Notes: generated by a model not told the origin, from the sequence alone. A DNA stretch of 64,000 nucleotides from an uncultured Parachlamydiaceae bacterium (GCA_963752155.1 CAVVXH010000008.1:1-64000); one strand, 5' to 3'; numbered from the stretch's first letter, positions 44,730 to 55,804 are shown. Made by a program: numbers and translations.

Positions 44730-45653
44730 CTATTTTAGTCTGTTCAATATTTTTAATTGATATGCGATTTGAGCTCCTCCAAGCAGAATGAGCCAGCTTA
44801 AGTTAAGCCATATTAAAAATAGAGGAATGGCAGCAAAACTGCCATACATGGCGCCATAACTCGTCACACCAATCTGGAAATGAAAATAGGTCCATTGGAC
44901 AACCTGATAGGTTGTTCCGGCGAGGATGCCTGCAATCACCGCTGATTTCCATGGCACTTTCGCACTCGGCACAAAACGATAAATAAAGATGAATGCCAGC
45001 CAACTTAAAACGAATGGGACAAAATGGAATAAAAAATAAATAACTGGACTGAGAACATCATAAAGGTCAGTTGCTTTACTCGCTTCAATAATTTCTCTCA
45101 ATGCATAAAGAGAAATACCACTCGAAACGATAAAAAAAATGGGACAAAAAAATAGGATTGCTAAATAAGAGATAAATGTTCTTGAAATGGAACGTGAGTT
45201 TGTTTTTTTCCAAATACTGTTTAAAGACTGTCTGATGCAAATCATAAGAGTAATAACAGCCCAGATTAACATAATGATGCCAGTTCCTGCAATCACCCCG
45301 CCGTGAGTATGCTCTAGTGTTGAATGCATAAAATCCATTATTTTGTAGCCTATTTCGGATTGATCTTTAAATCTGTCTAAAATGGCAGATTCTAAAGATT
45401 TTTCAAAACCGAACTTTATTGCTATTCCAAATGCCACGGCTAAAAAAGGAACGATCGATAATAGAGAATAATAAGTTAAGGCTGAGCTTTTTAAAAAGCA
45501 TTCATCTTTAATGAACCCAATACCTGAAGATATAGCAATTTTTAACGATCTTATAAAAAATGATTTGATGGGTTTGGCAGGATCCTCCGGAATATTCCAT
45601 AGATCCTCATCAAAAAGGTGACGCATCCGATCTAACATGCTGTGTTTCATCAA
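44730..45653 (-). CDS. YihY/BrkB family membrane protein
   Basis: ALTYYSLLSIVP, YGSFAAIPLFLIW..LSWLILLGGA. Confidence 0.9.
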   Translation of the reverse strand: MMKHSMLDRMRHLFDEDLWNIPEDPAKPIKSFFIRSLKIAISSGIGFIKDECFLKSSALTYYSLLSIVPFLAVAFGIAIKFGFEKSLESAILDRFKDQSEIGYKIMDFMHSTLEHTHGGVIAGTGIIMLIWAVITLMICIRQSLNSIWKKTNSRSISRTFISYLAILFFCPIFFIVSSGISLYALREIIEASKATDLYDVLSPVIYFLFHFVPFVLSWLAFIFIYRFVPSAKVPWKSAVIAGILAGTTYQVVQWTYFHFQIGVTSYGAMYGSFAAIPLFLIWLNLSWLILLGGAQIAYQLKILNRLK

Positions 45654-45715
45654 ACCTCCCTAGTGCATTTATTCCGGGGAAAAGACTTCTCATTCTCGAC
45701 AGAGAGTAAAAATAT

Positions 45716-45782
45716 CAGCAATTCCCGCTAATTTCGGGGTTCGGGCACGAAAGCGAGCAAGAAAGTTTAGCGGGAATTGCTG
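45716..45782. repeat. 67-bp element with 16-bp perfect terminal inverted repeats
   Basis: CAGCAATTCCCGCTAA...TTAGCGGGAATTGCTG with GC-rich interior. Confidence 0.75.
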
Positions 45783-45866
45783 TAAAAATATTGTCAATAT
45801 TGATCTAATCTATAAAAGGAGATACGGTGGAATTTGGTGTAATAATAATTATTTATAGATGAACTC

Positions 45867-46210
45867 ATGGAAATATACACAGCAAATTCCGCAATTTTTA
45901 GAATTTACAGGCTGCTCCTAACCATTTTTATCATCTTTGCTCTTTACTTTGCAAAAACAATTCTTATTCCTTTAACGCTTGCTGCCTTGCTGACCTTCCT
46001 TCTTTCCCCCATTGCAAAAAAATTAGAAAAATGGATCGGGCGAATCTTTTCTATTTTGCTTATTATCATCGTTGTTTTTACGGCAATTGGGTTGGCCGTT
46101 TTTGTCTTCACTAGACAGCTTATTCTGTTTGGATCGAATTTCCAAAAATACAATGAAAACATCTAAGAAAAATTGCAGGCATTTCAATTTCCGCAATGGG
46201 AAATATTTAA
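45867..46210 (+). pseudogene. AI-2E family transporter 5' remnant
   Basis: ALYFAKTILIPLTLAALLTFLLSP; in-frame TAA then EKLQAF; then lost. Confidence 0.75.
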
Positions 46211-46330
46211 AATGTGGTGAGGAACGGATCTCCACGGAAGATCGCTACAACATTTTCCTTTTGACAAAGAATTTTCCTATGCAGAATAGAAAGAACAAGG
46301 ATTTATTTACATTGGATTAGGTATACCTCA

Positions 46331-46577
46331 ATGACGCACAGTAAAGATAGGTTATCACCTGTGGTGGTTATTACAGGAGCCTCAGCAGGAGTTGGTAGAG
46401 CTACAGCGCTTTTATTCGCTAAGCACGGGGCCAAAATTGGCTTAATTGCTCGTGATAGTGAGCGTTTAGACAATCTCAAACAGGAAATTATAAATCTTGG
46501 CAGTGAAGCAATCGCAATTCCAATGGATGTTACAAATTCTGATGACATGTTTCGCGCAGCTGATGAAGTTGAAAAAC
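46331..46577 (+). pseudogene. SDR oxidoreductase 5' stub
   Basis: VVVITGASAGVGRATA..LIAR; ends at DEVEK where the next gene's interior begins. Confidence 0.8.
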
Positions 46578-48978
46578 GCGAATGTCTTGGAATTGGATAT
46601 TTTAACCTATGATGGCGTACGCATGAAGGTAGGCCCTACTTCAAAAGAAGAAATGGAAAAATATATTCAAGAAGGCGGCCGAAAAGGGGAAATATATGCT
46701 AAACTAAAAAGTTTTACTGAAAAATACTCTTCTATTATCGAAGAAAAATATCCTAAAATTCCACGATGTGTCTCAGGTTATAATCTTACATGGCTGCTCG
46801 AAAAAAATGGATTTGATGTAGCTAAAGCCTTAATTGGCAGCGAAAGCACCTGTGTCACTATTTTAGAAGCCACTGTTAGATTAGTCTATAGCCCTCCGGT
46901 TCGATCCCTTCTAGTTTTGGGTTATCCTGATATTTATACAGCTTGTGATCATATCATGGAAATCATGGAACATAAACCTACAGCTCTTGAAGGAATTGAT
47001 ATTGACTTAGTTGAAGATATGAAAAAAAAGAAAATTCATCCTCAAGATATAAAATTTTTGCCGGATGGAGAGGGATGGCTTTTCATAGAATTTGGTGGAG
47101 AATCTAAGGAGGAGTCGGATGGTAAAGCAAAAAAACTTATGGAAGAGCTAAAGAAAAAGTCTCAACCACCTTCAATGAAATTATATGACGATCCTCCTAT
47201 TGAAAAAATTTTATGGAAAGTACGCGAATCGGGTTTAGGTGCTACAGCGCGTATTCCAAATGAAAAGGATACTTGGCCAGGGTGGGAAGATTCTGCCGTG
47301 CCTCCAGAAAAAGTGGGAAATTATCTTAGAGAATTGCGTAAACTCTTTAAAAAATATGATTATAAATGTGCGCTTTATGGACATTTTGGACAAGGCTGTA
47401 TTCATACGCGTATTGATTTTGATCTCTACACTGAAGAAGGACTGAAAAATTATCGTTCATTTATTAATGAGGCAGCTCATTTAGTTGTTTCATTTGGAGG
47501 ATCACTTTCTGGAGAGCATGGGGATGGGCAGTCTAGAGCTGCGTTGCTTCCGATTATGTTTGGGGATGAATTAATTAAGGCTTTTCGTGAATTTAAATCC
47601 ATTTGGGATCCTGAATGGAAAATGAATCCTGGAAAAATAACAGAACCTTACCAACCAACTGACAATCTTACGAATCAGTCCTCAGTACGATCCTCCGGTA
47701 TTAAAAACACATTTCAAATTTCAGGAAAGCGGAGGAATGGGGGGATTTGCAAGAGCCACCACTCTTTGTGTGGGAGTCGGAAATTGTCGTCGTTATAATG
47801 AAGGAACTATGTGCCCTAGTTACATGGTAACTAAAGAAGAAAAACATTCTACGCGAGGGAGAGCACGCCTTTTGTTCGAGATGTTGCAGGGTAGTGTTAT
47901 CGGAAAAAAACTTTGGAAGGATGAATCTGTAAAAGAAGCTTTAGATTTATGTCTTGCCTGCAAGGGCTGCAAAGGTGAATGTCCTATGACTGTCGACATG
48001 GCAACATATAAAGCAGAATTTCTGTCTCATTATTATGAAGGAAGATTACGACCGAGATCTGCCTATGCTTTTGGTTTGATTTCTTGGTGGGCAAAATTTG
48101 CTTCCTATATGCCTAATTTCGTTAATTTTCTAACACATGCGCCAGGAATATCTACCCTTGCAAAATGGATGTCGGGAACAGCTCAGGAAAGATCTATTCC
48201 TCACTTTTCAAAACAAACATTTAGAGACTGGTACGCCAAAAGAGAACCATCGCAACAAAAAAAACATAAGAGAGTTATTCTTTGGGTTGATACCTTTAAT
48301 AATTATTTTCATTCAGAAGTAACACAAGCAGCGTTTGAGACTTTAGAGCATTTAGGTTTTGAGGTGGTGATTCCAAAATCCTCTCTATGTTGCGGAAGAC
48401 CTTTATATGATTACGGAATGCTCGAGTTGGCTAAAAAGCTCTTGAAAGAAATTTTGTCTACAATGAAAAAAGATATTGAAGATGGAACTCCTATCATTGG
48501 GCTTGAACCTAGTTGCGTGACAGTATTTCGTGATGAACTTGTTAATTTATTTCCATCAAATTTTGATGCGCAACGTCTCAAAGAGCAAACTTATTTATTT
48601 AGTGAATTTCTAGTAAAATACGCTAAAGATTGCAGTTTTAAACCTCTTAATAAAAAAGCAATTGTACAAGGACATTGTCATCATAAATCTGTTTTAAAAT
48701 TTGAAGATGAAAAAGAAATTTTACAGCGCTTAGGCCTTGATTTTGAAATTTTAGATTCTGGGTGCTGTGGTATGGCTGGTGGCTTTGGATTTGAAAAACA
48801 GCATTACGATGTTTCGATGAAAGTTGGAGAAAGGGTACTCATCCCCGCAATCAAAAATTCTTCTCCTGATACCTTAATTATAGCTAATGGCTTTAGCTGC
48901 CGTGAGCAGATTATTCAAACAACCGGAAGAGAAGTTCTTCATTTGGCTCAAGTTGTACGTATGGCTATCAAAAGATAA
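46578..48978 (+). pseudogene. FAD-binding and (Fe-S)-binding oxidoreductase, 5'-deleted, one frameshift near 47670
   Basis: SGYNL, GSESTC, YGHFGQGCIH, SGEHGDG, CVGVGNC, CLACKGCKGECP, CCG domains. Confidence 0.85.
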
Positions 48979-48981
48979 TTC

Positions 48982-50325
48982 ATGGAAGCAAAAAACAACC
49001 CTCAGCCTATTGAAAATTATGGAGTTATTGGGGATAGCATAAACCAAAATTCCATTTGGACTAGATATGTAACGGCTGTCTTTGGAATTTGGTTGATCAT
49101 TCTACCCCTGACATTTACAACTCATGATGATCTCATATTCTGGAATGATATCATTACAGGAATAATTCTGACCGGCTTGAGTCTTTTATCTCTTCGCTCT
49201 GAATGGCTTTGGTTGCCTTGGGTGATATGTCTTCTGGGTGTATGGCTCCAAATGGCACCACTAATTTTCTGGGCTCAAGATGCTTTCACTTATTTAAATG
49301 ATACCATTATAGGTGTTTTTACAATTATATTTTCTATTCTTATTCCTGGGAGTCCTGGAGAAAGGATTCATCATGGCATAGAAAAGCCTATTGGATGGTC
49401 CTATAATCCTTCATCATGGTTGCAACGTATTCCTATTATTTTTTTTGGTTTGGTTGGTTGGTTTACGGCTCGTTATATGGCCGCTTATCAATTGGGGTAT
49501 TTAGATCACATTTGGGATCCTATATTTGGAGATAATGGTACTTTAAAAGTCATTACTTCTAGCATCTCACAGAAATTTCCAGTCTCTGATGCTGGTTTAG
49601 GAGCTTTTGCCTATACAATAGAAGTCTTAATGGGATGCAAAGGAGGGACACGTCGCTGGTATACAATGCCGTGGATTGTTATTTTATTTGGTGTTCTTGT
49701 TGTTCCATTAGGTTTAATAAGCATCATTCTCGTTATTCTTCAGCCACTTCTTGTTGGACACTGGTGTTTTTGGTGCCTCCTCGCAGCTATTTGCATGCTC
49801 ATTATGATAGCTCTTACTGTCGATGAGGTGGTCGCTGTCGTGCAATATCTTGTACAAGTTAAATGCACTAAACAACCTTTTTGGCAAGTTTTTTGGAAAG
49901 GTGGTGATTTCGCTTTGCCTTCAGATGAAGACGCAACGACACCACTAAATGCTCCTTTCACAAAAATGTTTCCGGAGATGATCCGAGGCTTTACAGTTTC
50001 TTGGTCACTTTTTATCAGCGCACTGATAGGTTTCTGGCTTATGATTTCCCCTTCTCTTTTTGGAATGGACAATCTTGTCTCCTATAACAATACTGTGTTC
50101 GGAGCCTTAGTTATAGCGGTTTCGGTTATTACCATGGCTGAAGTTGTACGCAAATTCCGATTCCTCATCCTTCTCTTTGGCCTTTGGATAATTATCTTTC
50201 CTTGGATTTTCTCTGGTAACACATATAATCCTATTTGGAATAATTTTATTGCCGGATTCTTTCTTATCATTCTCAGTATTCCGCGCGGAAAAATCCTAAA
50301 TCATTACGGCAACTGGAAACCTTAA
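48982..50325 (+). CDS. Chimeric ORF: GH15 N-terminal stub fused to SPW-repeat/VKOR membrane protein
   Basis: PIENYGVIGD then GWSYNPSSW.QR, PVSDAGLG, RRWYTMPW, WCFWC. Confidence 0.75.
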   Translation: MEAKNNPQPIENYGVIGDSINQNSIWTRYVTAVFGIWLIILPLTFTTHDDLIFWNDIITGIILTGLSLLSLRSEWLWLPWVICLLGVWLQMAPLIFWAQDAFTYLNDTIIGVFTIIFSILIPGSPGERIHHGIEKPIGWSYNPSSWLQRIPIIFFGLVGWFTARYMAAYQLGYLDHIWDPIFGDNGTLKVITSSISQKFPVSDAGLGAFAYTIEVLMGCKGGTRRWYTMPWIVILFGVLVVPLGLISIILVILQPLLVGHWCFWCLLAAICMLIMIALTVDEVVAVVQYLVQVKCTKQPFWQVFWKGGDFALPSDEDATTPLNAPFTKMFPEMIRGFTVSWSLFISALIGFWLMISPSLFGMDNLVSYNNTVFGALVIAVSVITMAEVVRKFRFLILLFGLWIIIFPWIFSGNTYNPIWNNFIAGFFLIILSIPRGKILNHYGNWKP

Positions 50326-50410
50326 AACCCAACTTACTCCCTATATTTCTGAGACTACAACAATGGGTTTTCTGACTTCTAGCTGTTTTGTTGTTCTGGG
50401 TTAAGTTTTT

Positions 50411-50836
50411 CTATCTTGATTGTTGGGAATTTTTGCGTTTTTCTATTTCAGGAGTATCAATATCTGATAAGCCTCGATTTAATTTTTTCTTTATACTAGC
50501 AGCTAGACTGTGATACCGATCTTCTAAGGCTTGAAGTTCCTCATCACTTAATTCTTCGATATTCAATAGCTCATTATGCGCACCTTGAATGGACCGAATG
50601 ATTTCATCTAATTTTAAATGTAAAGCTTTCGTATCGCGGTTTTGTGTGTTTTGAATAAGAAAAACCATCCAAAAAGTGATGATTGTGGTTGTTGTGTTAA
50701 TGACAAGCTGCCAAGAATTACTGAAATGAAAATAAGGACCTGTTAATGCCCAAATTATAACAAAAGAAATTGCGCAGGAGAATGCGATTGAGCTCCCAAG
50801 TAATATAGACATATATTTTGATATTTTGGAAAACAT
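50411..50836 (-). CDS. Low-affinity iron permease family protein (second paralog)
   Basis: WQLVINT.TTIITF.MVFLIQNTQNRD. Confidence 0.9.
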   Translation of the reverse strand: MFSKISKYMSILLGSSIAFSCAISFVIIWALTGPYFHFSNSWQLVINTTTTIITFWMVFLIQNTQNRDTKALHLKLDEIIRSIQGAHNELLNIEELSDEELQALEDRYHSLAASIKKKLNRGLSDIDTPEIEKRKNSQQSR

Positions 50837-50889
50837 GGCGCTATTCCTTGTTATTTTTCATACCCAACATAATCAAAGCCCTGGTCCCC

Positions 50890-52230
50890 TTAAGAATTAA
50901 GTTCAAGCCATCCACCAGTGAAGCCTGCATTATGTAATCCATTAACAACATAAGAACATCTCTTCATTATATTCCAGATAAGCTTGGATTGAAAATTTTC
51001 GATCATGATAATGATTGGACCCTGGTTAAGCCCAAATTGCCATGGAGAGACCCAGCCCTTTTTAGAATTATCAAGAAAAGAAGGATTGAAGCTTGCATCA
51101 AACCCGTAATCGCTATGCCTTTTCAAATCAAGCTCTTCTATAGCGTGCCGAATAGTTTTTAATACTATTTTTGGTTCAAAGGGTAAAGAAGCGACGACTG
51201 CCCAAGGGGATATTGTCCCATCATCAGGTCCAAAAGGAATCCCTCTTGCCTTATATCCGTAAAATTCTTGCTCTTTGCCATTAACCAAAATTTTACATGG
51301 GCCAGGACCATCACTTGCTGTAAATCCCCATCCATATATACCATAATGAGCAAATCCTTTTGGGTTATCTATCGCATATTTTTGTTGTAAACAGGTAGCT
51401 CGGCGGCTATTTTCAAAATAATCAATTCCGACCCTCCTATTCATATCATCCTTTATGCCTTTAAAATCCAGCCAAAGATGGGACATTTGGTGAATAAAAA
51501 GAGGTCCGGCATAAATGCATTCAATGCCATACATCTTTTTCAATTCAAATGTTTCAGTCCATTGTTTATACCCTAACGGGTCTATAGGAAAAGTTGGTGA
51601 GCCTATTGCTAATACATAGAGAATAATTGCTTCGTTATAACCGTTATTCCATCGATGATTAAGAAAACCAGATTCTGGTTTCCAGCCATGTGTTAGTGTT
51701 TTTCCGCCATCTAATGCCCATTGCCAGTCGACTCTTAAATAGAGCTCCTCAGCTATCTGACAAATTTCTTTTTCTTGGTTGCTTTCACCAGTAAAATAAT
51801 TTCTGACAGTTAGCATTCCTGCCATTAAAATCGCTGTGTCTATTGTTGATAATTCACTTTCCCCTGCCCGTTTACCGGTATTCATATCAAGAAAATGATA
51901 ATAAAATCCTTTATAGCCGGTAGCATCAGTTTCAGTTCCATGCTTGCTTGATTGAAAGAACCTTAAAACAGTTAGTATTCTCTTTATAGCCTCTGTTCGC
52001 GAAATTAACCCATGTTCTAATGCAATTATATAACAGGTAAGCCCCAGTCCTACCGAAGCTATACTTGATGGAGATCCTGGTTGTGTCTTATCAGCTATCA
52101 AACCTGTTTTTAAATTGATTTCATTGAGAAAATACTTAAAAGTTTCAGCTTTTAAGAGTTCAAGCATTTCCTCATTAGTCCCTTGCGAATTCACAATTTT
52201 CTGTAATTTTAATTTAGCTTGTTTTTTCAT
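50890..52230 (-). CDS. Glucoamylase-family (GH144-like beta-1,2-glucanase) protein
   Basis: GFYYHFLDM, ELSTIDTA, GWKPE, GPLFIHQ, WGFTASDGP; ATGA overlap with GH39 gene. Confidence 0.8.
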   Translation of the reverse strand: MKKQAKLKLQKIVNSQGTNEEMLELLKAETFKYFLNEINLKTGLIADKTQPGSPSSIASVGLGLTCYIIALEHGLISRTEAIKRILTVLRFFQSSKHGTETDATGYKGFYYHFLDMNTGKRAGESELSTIDTAILMAGMLTVRNYFTGESNQEKEICQIAEELYLRVDWQWALDGGKTLTHGWKPESGFLNHRWNNGYNEAIILYVLAIGSPTFPIDPLGYKQWTETFELKKMYGIECIYAGPLFIHQMSHLWLDFKGIKDDMNRRVGIDYFENSRRATCLQQKYAIDNPKGFAHYGIYGWGFTASDGPGPCKILVNGKEQEFYGYKARGIPFGPDDGTISPWAVVASLPFEPKIVLKTIRHAIEELDLKRHSDYGFDASFNPSFLDNSKKGWVSPWQFGLNQGPIIIMIENFQSKLIWNIMKRCSYVVNGLHNAGFTGGWLELNS

Positions 52231-53684
52231 GCTATTTCCAAAGTTATACAAGCAGTTCCCTGAGCAGGCATATCAATTTCGATAAAGGCAGACTTTTTCT
52301 CCCGAATTATATGAATTGGTTCTTTTCTAAGAGATGAGGCTAACTCCAACGCACTTACCGCTTCTTGTGTTAATGTCCTAGGTTGCTCCATTTCCACCCA
52401 CGCCTTCCTGGCATTAGCGTGAGTCTCATCAATTCTTTCGACAAAGGAAGATAGTATTTTTCCAACATTCTTGAGATGGATTCTAATCATTTCGGTTTTT
52501 ATGGGATGCTTAGGAAGGGCCCAATTTGTAATAAGAAGTTTGATGACTCCTGGTTTTATGGTCACCCAAATATCCGCAGTTGGATGAGTACCGCTAACTG
52601 GCAAGATGTGTTCCCCTATTCCACTCAGCAATTGATAAGCGCGATAAGAAGGTTTTGGAATTCCATATATATTTAAAAGACCAAAGCCCCCGTGAAAAGG
52701 TATTGATGAAAAATAATTTTCTTCAAAAATATCCGAAAATGTCCAATAGCTGTAACCCTTTACATATCCTTGGGCTTCCATTACAGTCTTTGTGATAAAT
52801 GCAGCGGCGTATGGCTGATCGTGCAAGTCGTCGAAAGGATTTGATGATGTGCACCATTCTGTATAATACACCGGTTTTTTACCCGCCTCTGCCTTTACTT
52901 TCGCAGCCTCATCTCTTAACACACTTCGTTTACTTTGCGCTAATTGTGCTATAGTATCATCGCCCGGTTTCCCAAAATCATCGGTGGGGTATTGATGCGT
53001 AGAAATAAAATCAAAGGGGACCTTATTTTTTTTACAAAAATTTACAAAGTCAGTGACCCAAGCATTATCGGCTGTAGCAGGTCCTCCTACTTGTAATGAC
53101 TTGTTAATTTTTTTTATGGCCCTCGCAGCATGTTGATAAAGATGGAAATAGTCAAGTTTGGTACCTGTCCAAAATGCTGAAAGATTCGGTTCATTCCAAA
53201 TCTCAAAAAACCAATTGCTTACTTCTGCTATTCCATATCTATCAACCCAATGTTGAACTAATTTATGGATGAGAGTTTCCCAATTTTCATAATTTTTGGG
53301 AGGAGTGACATTATCTTTGTAATGAAAAACTGTCTCTTTCCCAGAAGAAAGAGTAAGCGGCATAAATGATAATTCCATAAAAGGTCGCATGCCAATGGAA
53401 AGTAAAAAATCACATATCTGATCGGCATTGAAAAAAGAATACACAAGCTCATTATTCTCATTAACGAGCGTGCTAAGATTATCTGAGAGTATTCCATGAA
53501 ATCTGACATGTTTAAAACCTAGCTCTCTATGGCAACGAGAAATTTGCCTTTGCCAATCTGCACGCAATGCTAAAGTCGCATGGCCACTACCAACAGTATG
53601 TTTCCAAAAATGTGGAAATGGTTGAGTGGAATCAGTGATTGAACAAATAAAATTAATAGTTTCTAAATCCATGCCAACACTCAT
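52227..53684 (-). CDS. GH39 beta-xylosidase family protein
   Basis: VRFHG, ELSFMP, FEIWNEP, YTEW, SYWTFSDIFEE, FHGGFGLL. Confidence 0.9.
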   Translation of the reverse strand: MSVGMDLETINFICSITDSTQPFPHFWKHTVGSGHATLALRADWQRQISRCHRELGFKHVRFHGILSDNLSTLVNENNELVYSFFNADQICDFLLSIGMRPFMELSFMPLTLSSGKETVFHYKDNVTPPKNYENWETLIHKLVQHWVDRYGIAEVSNWFFEIWNEPNLSAFWTGTKLDYFHLYQHAARAIKKINKSLQVGGPATADNAWVTDFVNFCKKNKVPFDFISTHQYPTDDFGKPGDDTIAQLAQSKRSVLRDEAAKVKAEAGKKPVYYTEWCTSSNPFDDLHDQPYAAAFITKTVMEAQGYVKGYSYWTFSDIFEENYFSSIPFHGGFGLLNIYGIPKPSYRAYQLLSGIGEHILPVSGTHPTADIWVTIKPGVIKLLITNWALPKHPIKTEMIRIHLKNVGKILSSFVERIDETHANARKAWVEMEQPRTLTQEAVSALELASSLRKEPIHIIREKKSAFIEIDMPAQGTACITLEIA

Positions 53685-53937
53685 GAAATTTTTGTAAATT
53701 TTCTTAGTGACCGTAAAAAGCTTCCTAAGAGGTAGTTACCAACTCAAAAAGGTGAAGTCAGATTCTTATCCTTTACAAAATTATGTTGAATTGTTTGGTA
53801 TCTCATTTCAAGACATACTCGATCTAAAAAAAATAATCTACTACAAAAATTCTTCAGATTTTATCAAATATTAAACATCATTTTGGGGAGGCAGCAAAAA
53901 TCGCATCTTCAAGAATATGGGAAGAAATAAATTTTTT

Positions 53938-53973
53938 ATTTGATCAGACTTTTTTAAAATAGTCTGATCAAAT
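53938..53973. repeat. 13-bp perfect inverted repeat
   Basis: ATTTGATCAGACT-10nt-AGTCTGATCAAAT. Confidence 0.6.
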
Positions 53974-54039
53974 CTATTTATCTGAACAGAGATATACTTG
54001 ATATAGAAGAATCAAATTCTTAATACCTTTTAGCAAGGA

Positions 54040-54084
54040 TAATTGCCGGCCTAACATCACATCCCCTACCAATACTATTCTCAT
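54040..54084 (-). pseudogene. CapA-family 5' stub
   Basis: MRIVLVGDVMLGR starts 4 bp after the stop of 54089-54742, then similarity ends. Confidence 0.5.
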
Positions 54085-54088
54085 TTGT

Positions 54089-54742
54089 CTATCTGCTTTT
54101 TCGATTAAGGTGCTTACGGAACCATTCCTTAGCAAGTCTTGCGACCTCTTCTAAGCAACCTAGTTCTTCAAAAAGGTGTGTGGCATTTGGGATGATTTCG
54201 AATTTTTTAGAACAAGTTAATTGGGCAAAGGCTTCTTGATTTAATTCGATGACGCCAAAATCATTTCCCCCAACAATAAAAAGAGTCGGAGCAGTTACAC
54301 TATTTAATATATTCATGGCTAGATCGGGACGTCCGCCTCGCGAAACAACAGCCTGAATTTTCTTACCCTTTTCCGAAGCTACTCGAAGGGCTGCTGCTGC
54401 TCCTGTACTAGAGCCGAAAATTCCTAAACCAAGATTTTGTGTGTCGGGTTGTTTTTCTAACCATTGAACCACAATATTTAATCGATCCGTAAGAAGATCG
54501 ATGTCAAATCTTGTTTGATAATTTTCATCTTCTTGTTTAGAGAGCAAATCAATAAGTAGCGTTGCCAATCCTGCGTCATTTAAAATATCGGCTACGAAAT
54601 TATTGCGAGGTGATAATCTGCTACTCCCACTCCCGTGGGCGAAAAGCACAATTCCTTGAGCAGATTGTGGAATCTTAAGCATTCCTTCCAATAGAATATC
54701 TTGATATTTTATCTGGACTAATTTTTCCATAATTTTATCCAC
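54089..54742 (-). CDS. Dienelactone hydrolase-family alpha/beta hydrolase
   Basis: FAHGSGSSRLSPRN, GSSTG, SRGGRPDL, ATHLFEE. Confidence 0.88.
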   Translation of the reverse strand: MDKIMEKLVQIKYQDILLEGMLKIPQSAQGIVLFAHGSGSSRLSPRNNFVADILNDAGLATLLIDLLSKQEDENYQTRFDIDLLTDRLNIVVQWLEKQPDTQNLGLGIFGSSTGAAAALRVASEKGKKIQAVVSRGGRPDLAMNILNSVTAPTLFIVGGNDFGVIELNQEAFAQLTCSKKFEIIPNATHLFEELGCLEEVARLAKEWFRKHLNRKSR

Positions 54743-54889
54743 CTTATTTTACAATGATAAACGCATATCGCTTTTCAGCCCATTTTTATAGAGATAGATT
54801 GCTCTGGTATTGGTCGCTATTGATTTTTAAGATAGACCACGATGTATTAGTTTTTAAGAATAAAAATTCATACATCGTGTTTTGTTTGT

Positions 54890-55534
54890 TTAAACTTTCC
54901 AACCTTTTTCTTGAATTGGATCGTATACGAAAGCTACTTTAGCTCCTTCTTTAAGAGATTTAGGAACATGTTCTGTAACAAATTGAACACGCGTTTGTTC
55001 GTCAGCATTATCGATATTGGATAGTTTTTCAGAATCCAGTTTGGCCAAAGAATCTAAAATATAGCCTCGCTCTACCGTTAGAGTATCGTATTTAAATAAG
55101 CGATTAGCAACGTTTGTAAGTTGTTCACGGTAAGCTGAATCTACAACTGAAGAGAGAATTTCTGTTGCCCACATCACATCATGACCTCGCGTTCCGATAG
55201 GCATGATAAAGCAAACTTGTTTTAGTAGAACATCCCATTGACTTTGATCAACGTTTAATAGACAATTAATAATTGTACTACGTTCAGCGTTAGAACATTT
55301 ATCTGTAAATACATTGCGCAGAGAAAGATAAAGAGCCTGCAATATTTCAACAGGACGTTCAAATAATTTTTCTTCAAAACCTATAAACTCACTCTTTCCG
55401 CATTGCACAGGTTGCAAATGACTTATGTATTTTCTCTTTAATGCAAATGAATTGTTATAAGATTTTCTTGCTTCACTCGTATTATACAATAAAGATAAAC
55501 TTGTTGTATCTGTATGAGGTTCATAAGGGTTCAT
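54890..55534 (-). CDS. Hypothetical protein
   Basis: 214-aa ORF with AGGAG RBS; no family recognised. Confidence 0.65.
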   Translation of the reverse strand: MNPYEPHTDTTSLSLLYNTSEARKSYNNSFALKRKYISHLQPVQCGKSEFIGFEEKLFERPVEILQALYLSLRNVFTDKCSNAERSTIINCLLNVDQSQWDVLLKQVCFIMPIGTRGHDVMWATEILSSVVDSAYREQLTNVANRLFKYDTLTVERGYILDSLAKLDSEKLSNIDNADEQTRVQFVTEHVPKSLKEGAKVAFVYDPIQEKGWKV

Positions 55535-55727
55535 ATTTTTAAGTTTCTCCTGTTTAAGATTTTTTTTGTGGTCTTTAAGATTGCTCTGACTTAACTATTT
55601 CGTAAATATAGCCTAAAATGGATTAAAAGCCAAGACGTTATGGCAATATGCCAAGTGTGAATGAGTAGTCTCAGACCACATGACCCCTATATGTGCCGTA
55701 AGGATCGAAGTCGGGCACAGGGAGCGA

Positions 55728-55804
55728 GTTATAAGGGCGGTCGCCTTTCATATTACTCATTACCATTCAACTGCTATGAGTAAGATGATAAGGGGTTAGA
55801 GTCT
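55728..55804 (+). repeat. Putative island-end sequence, copy B
   Basis: Ungapped match to 17813-17889. Confidence 0.7.
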
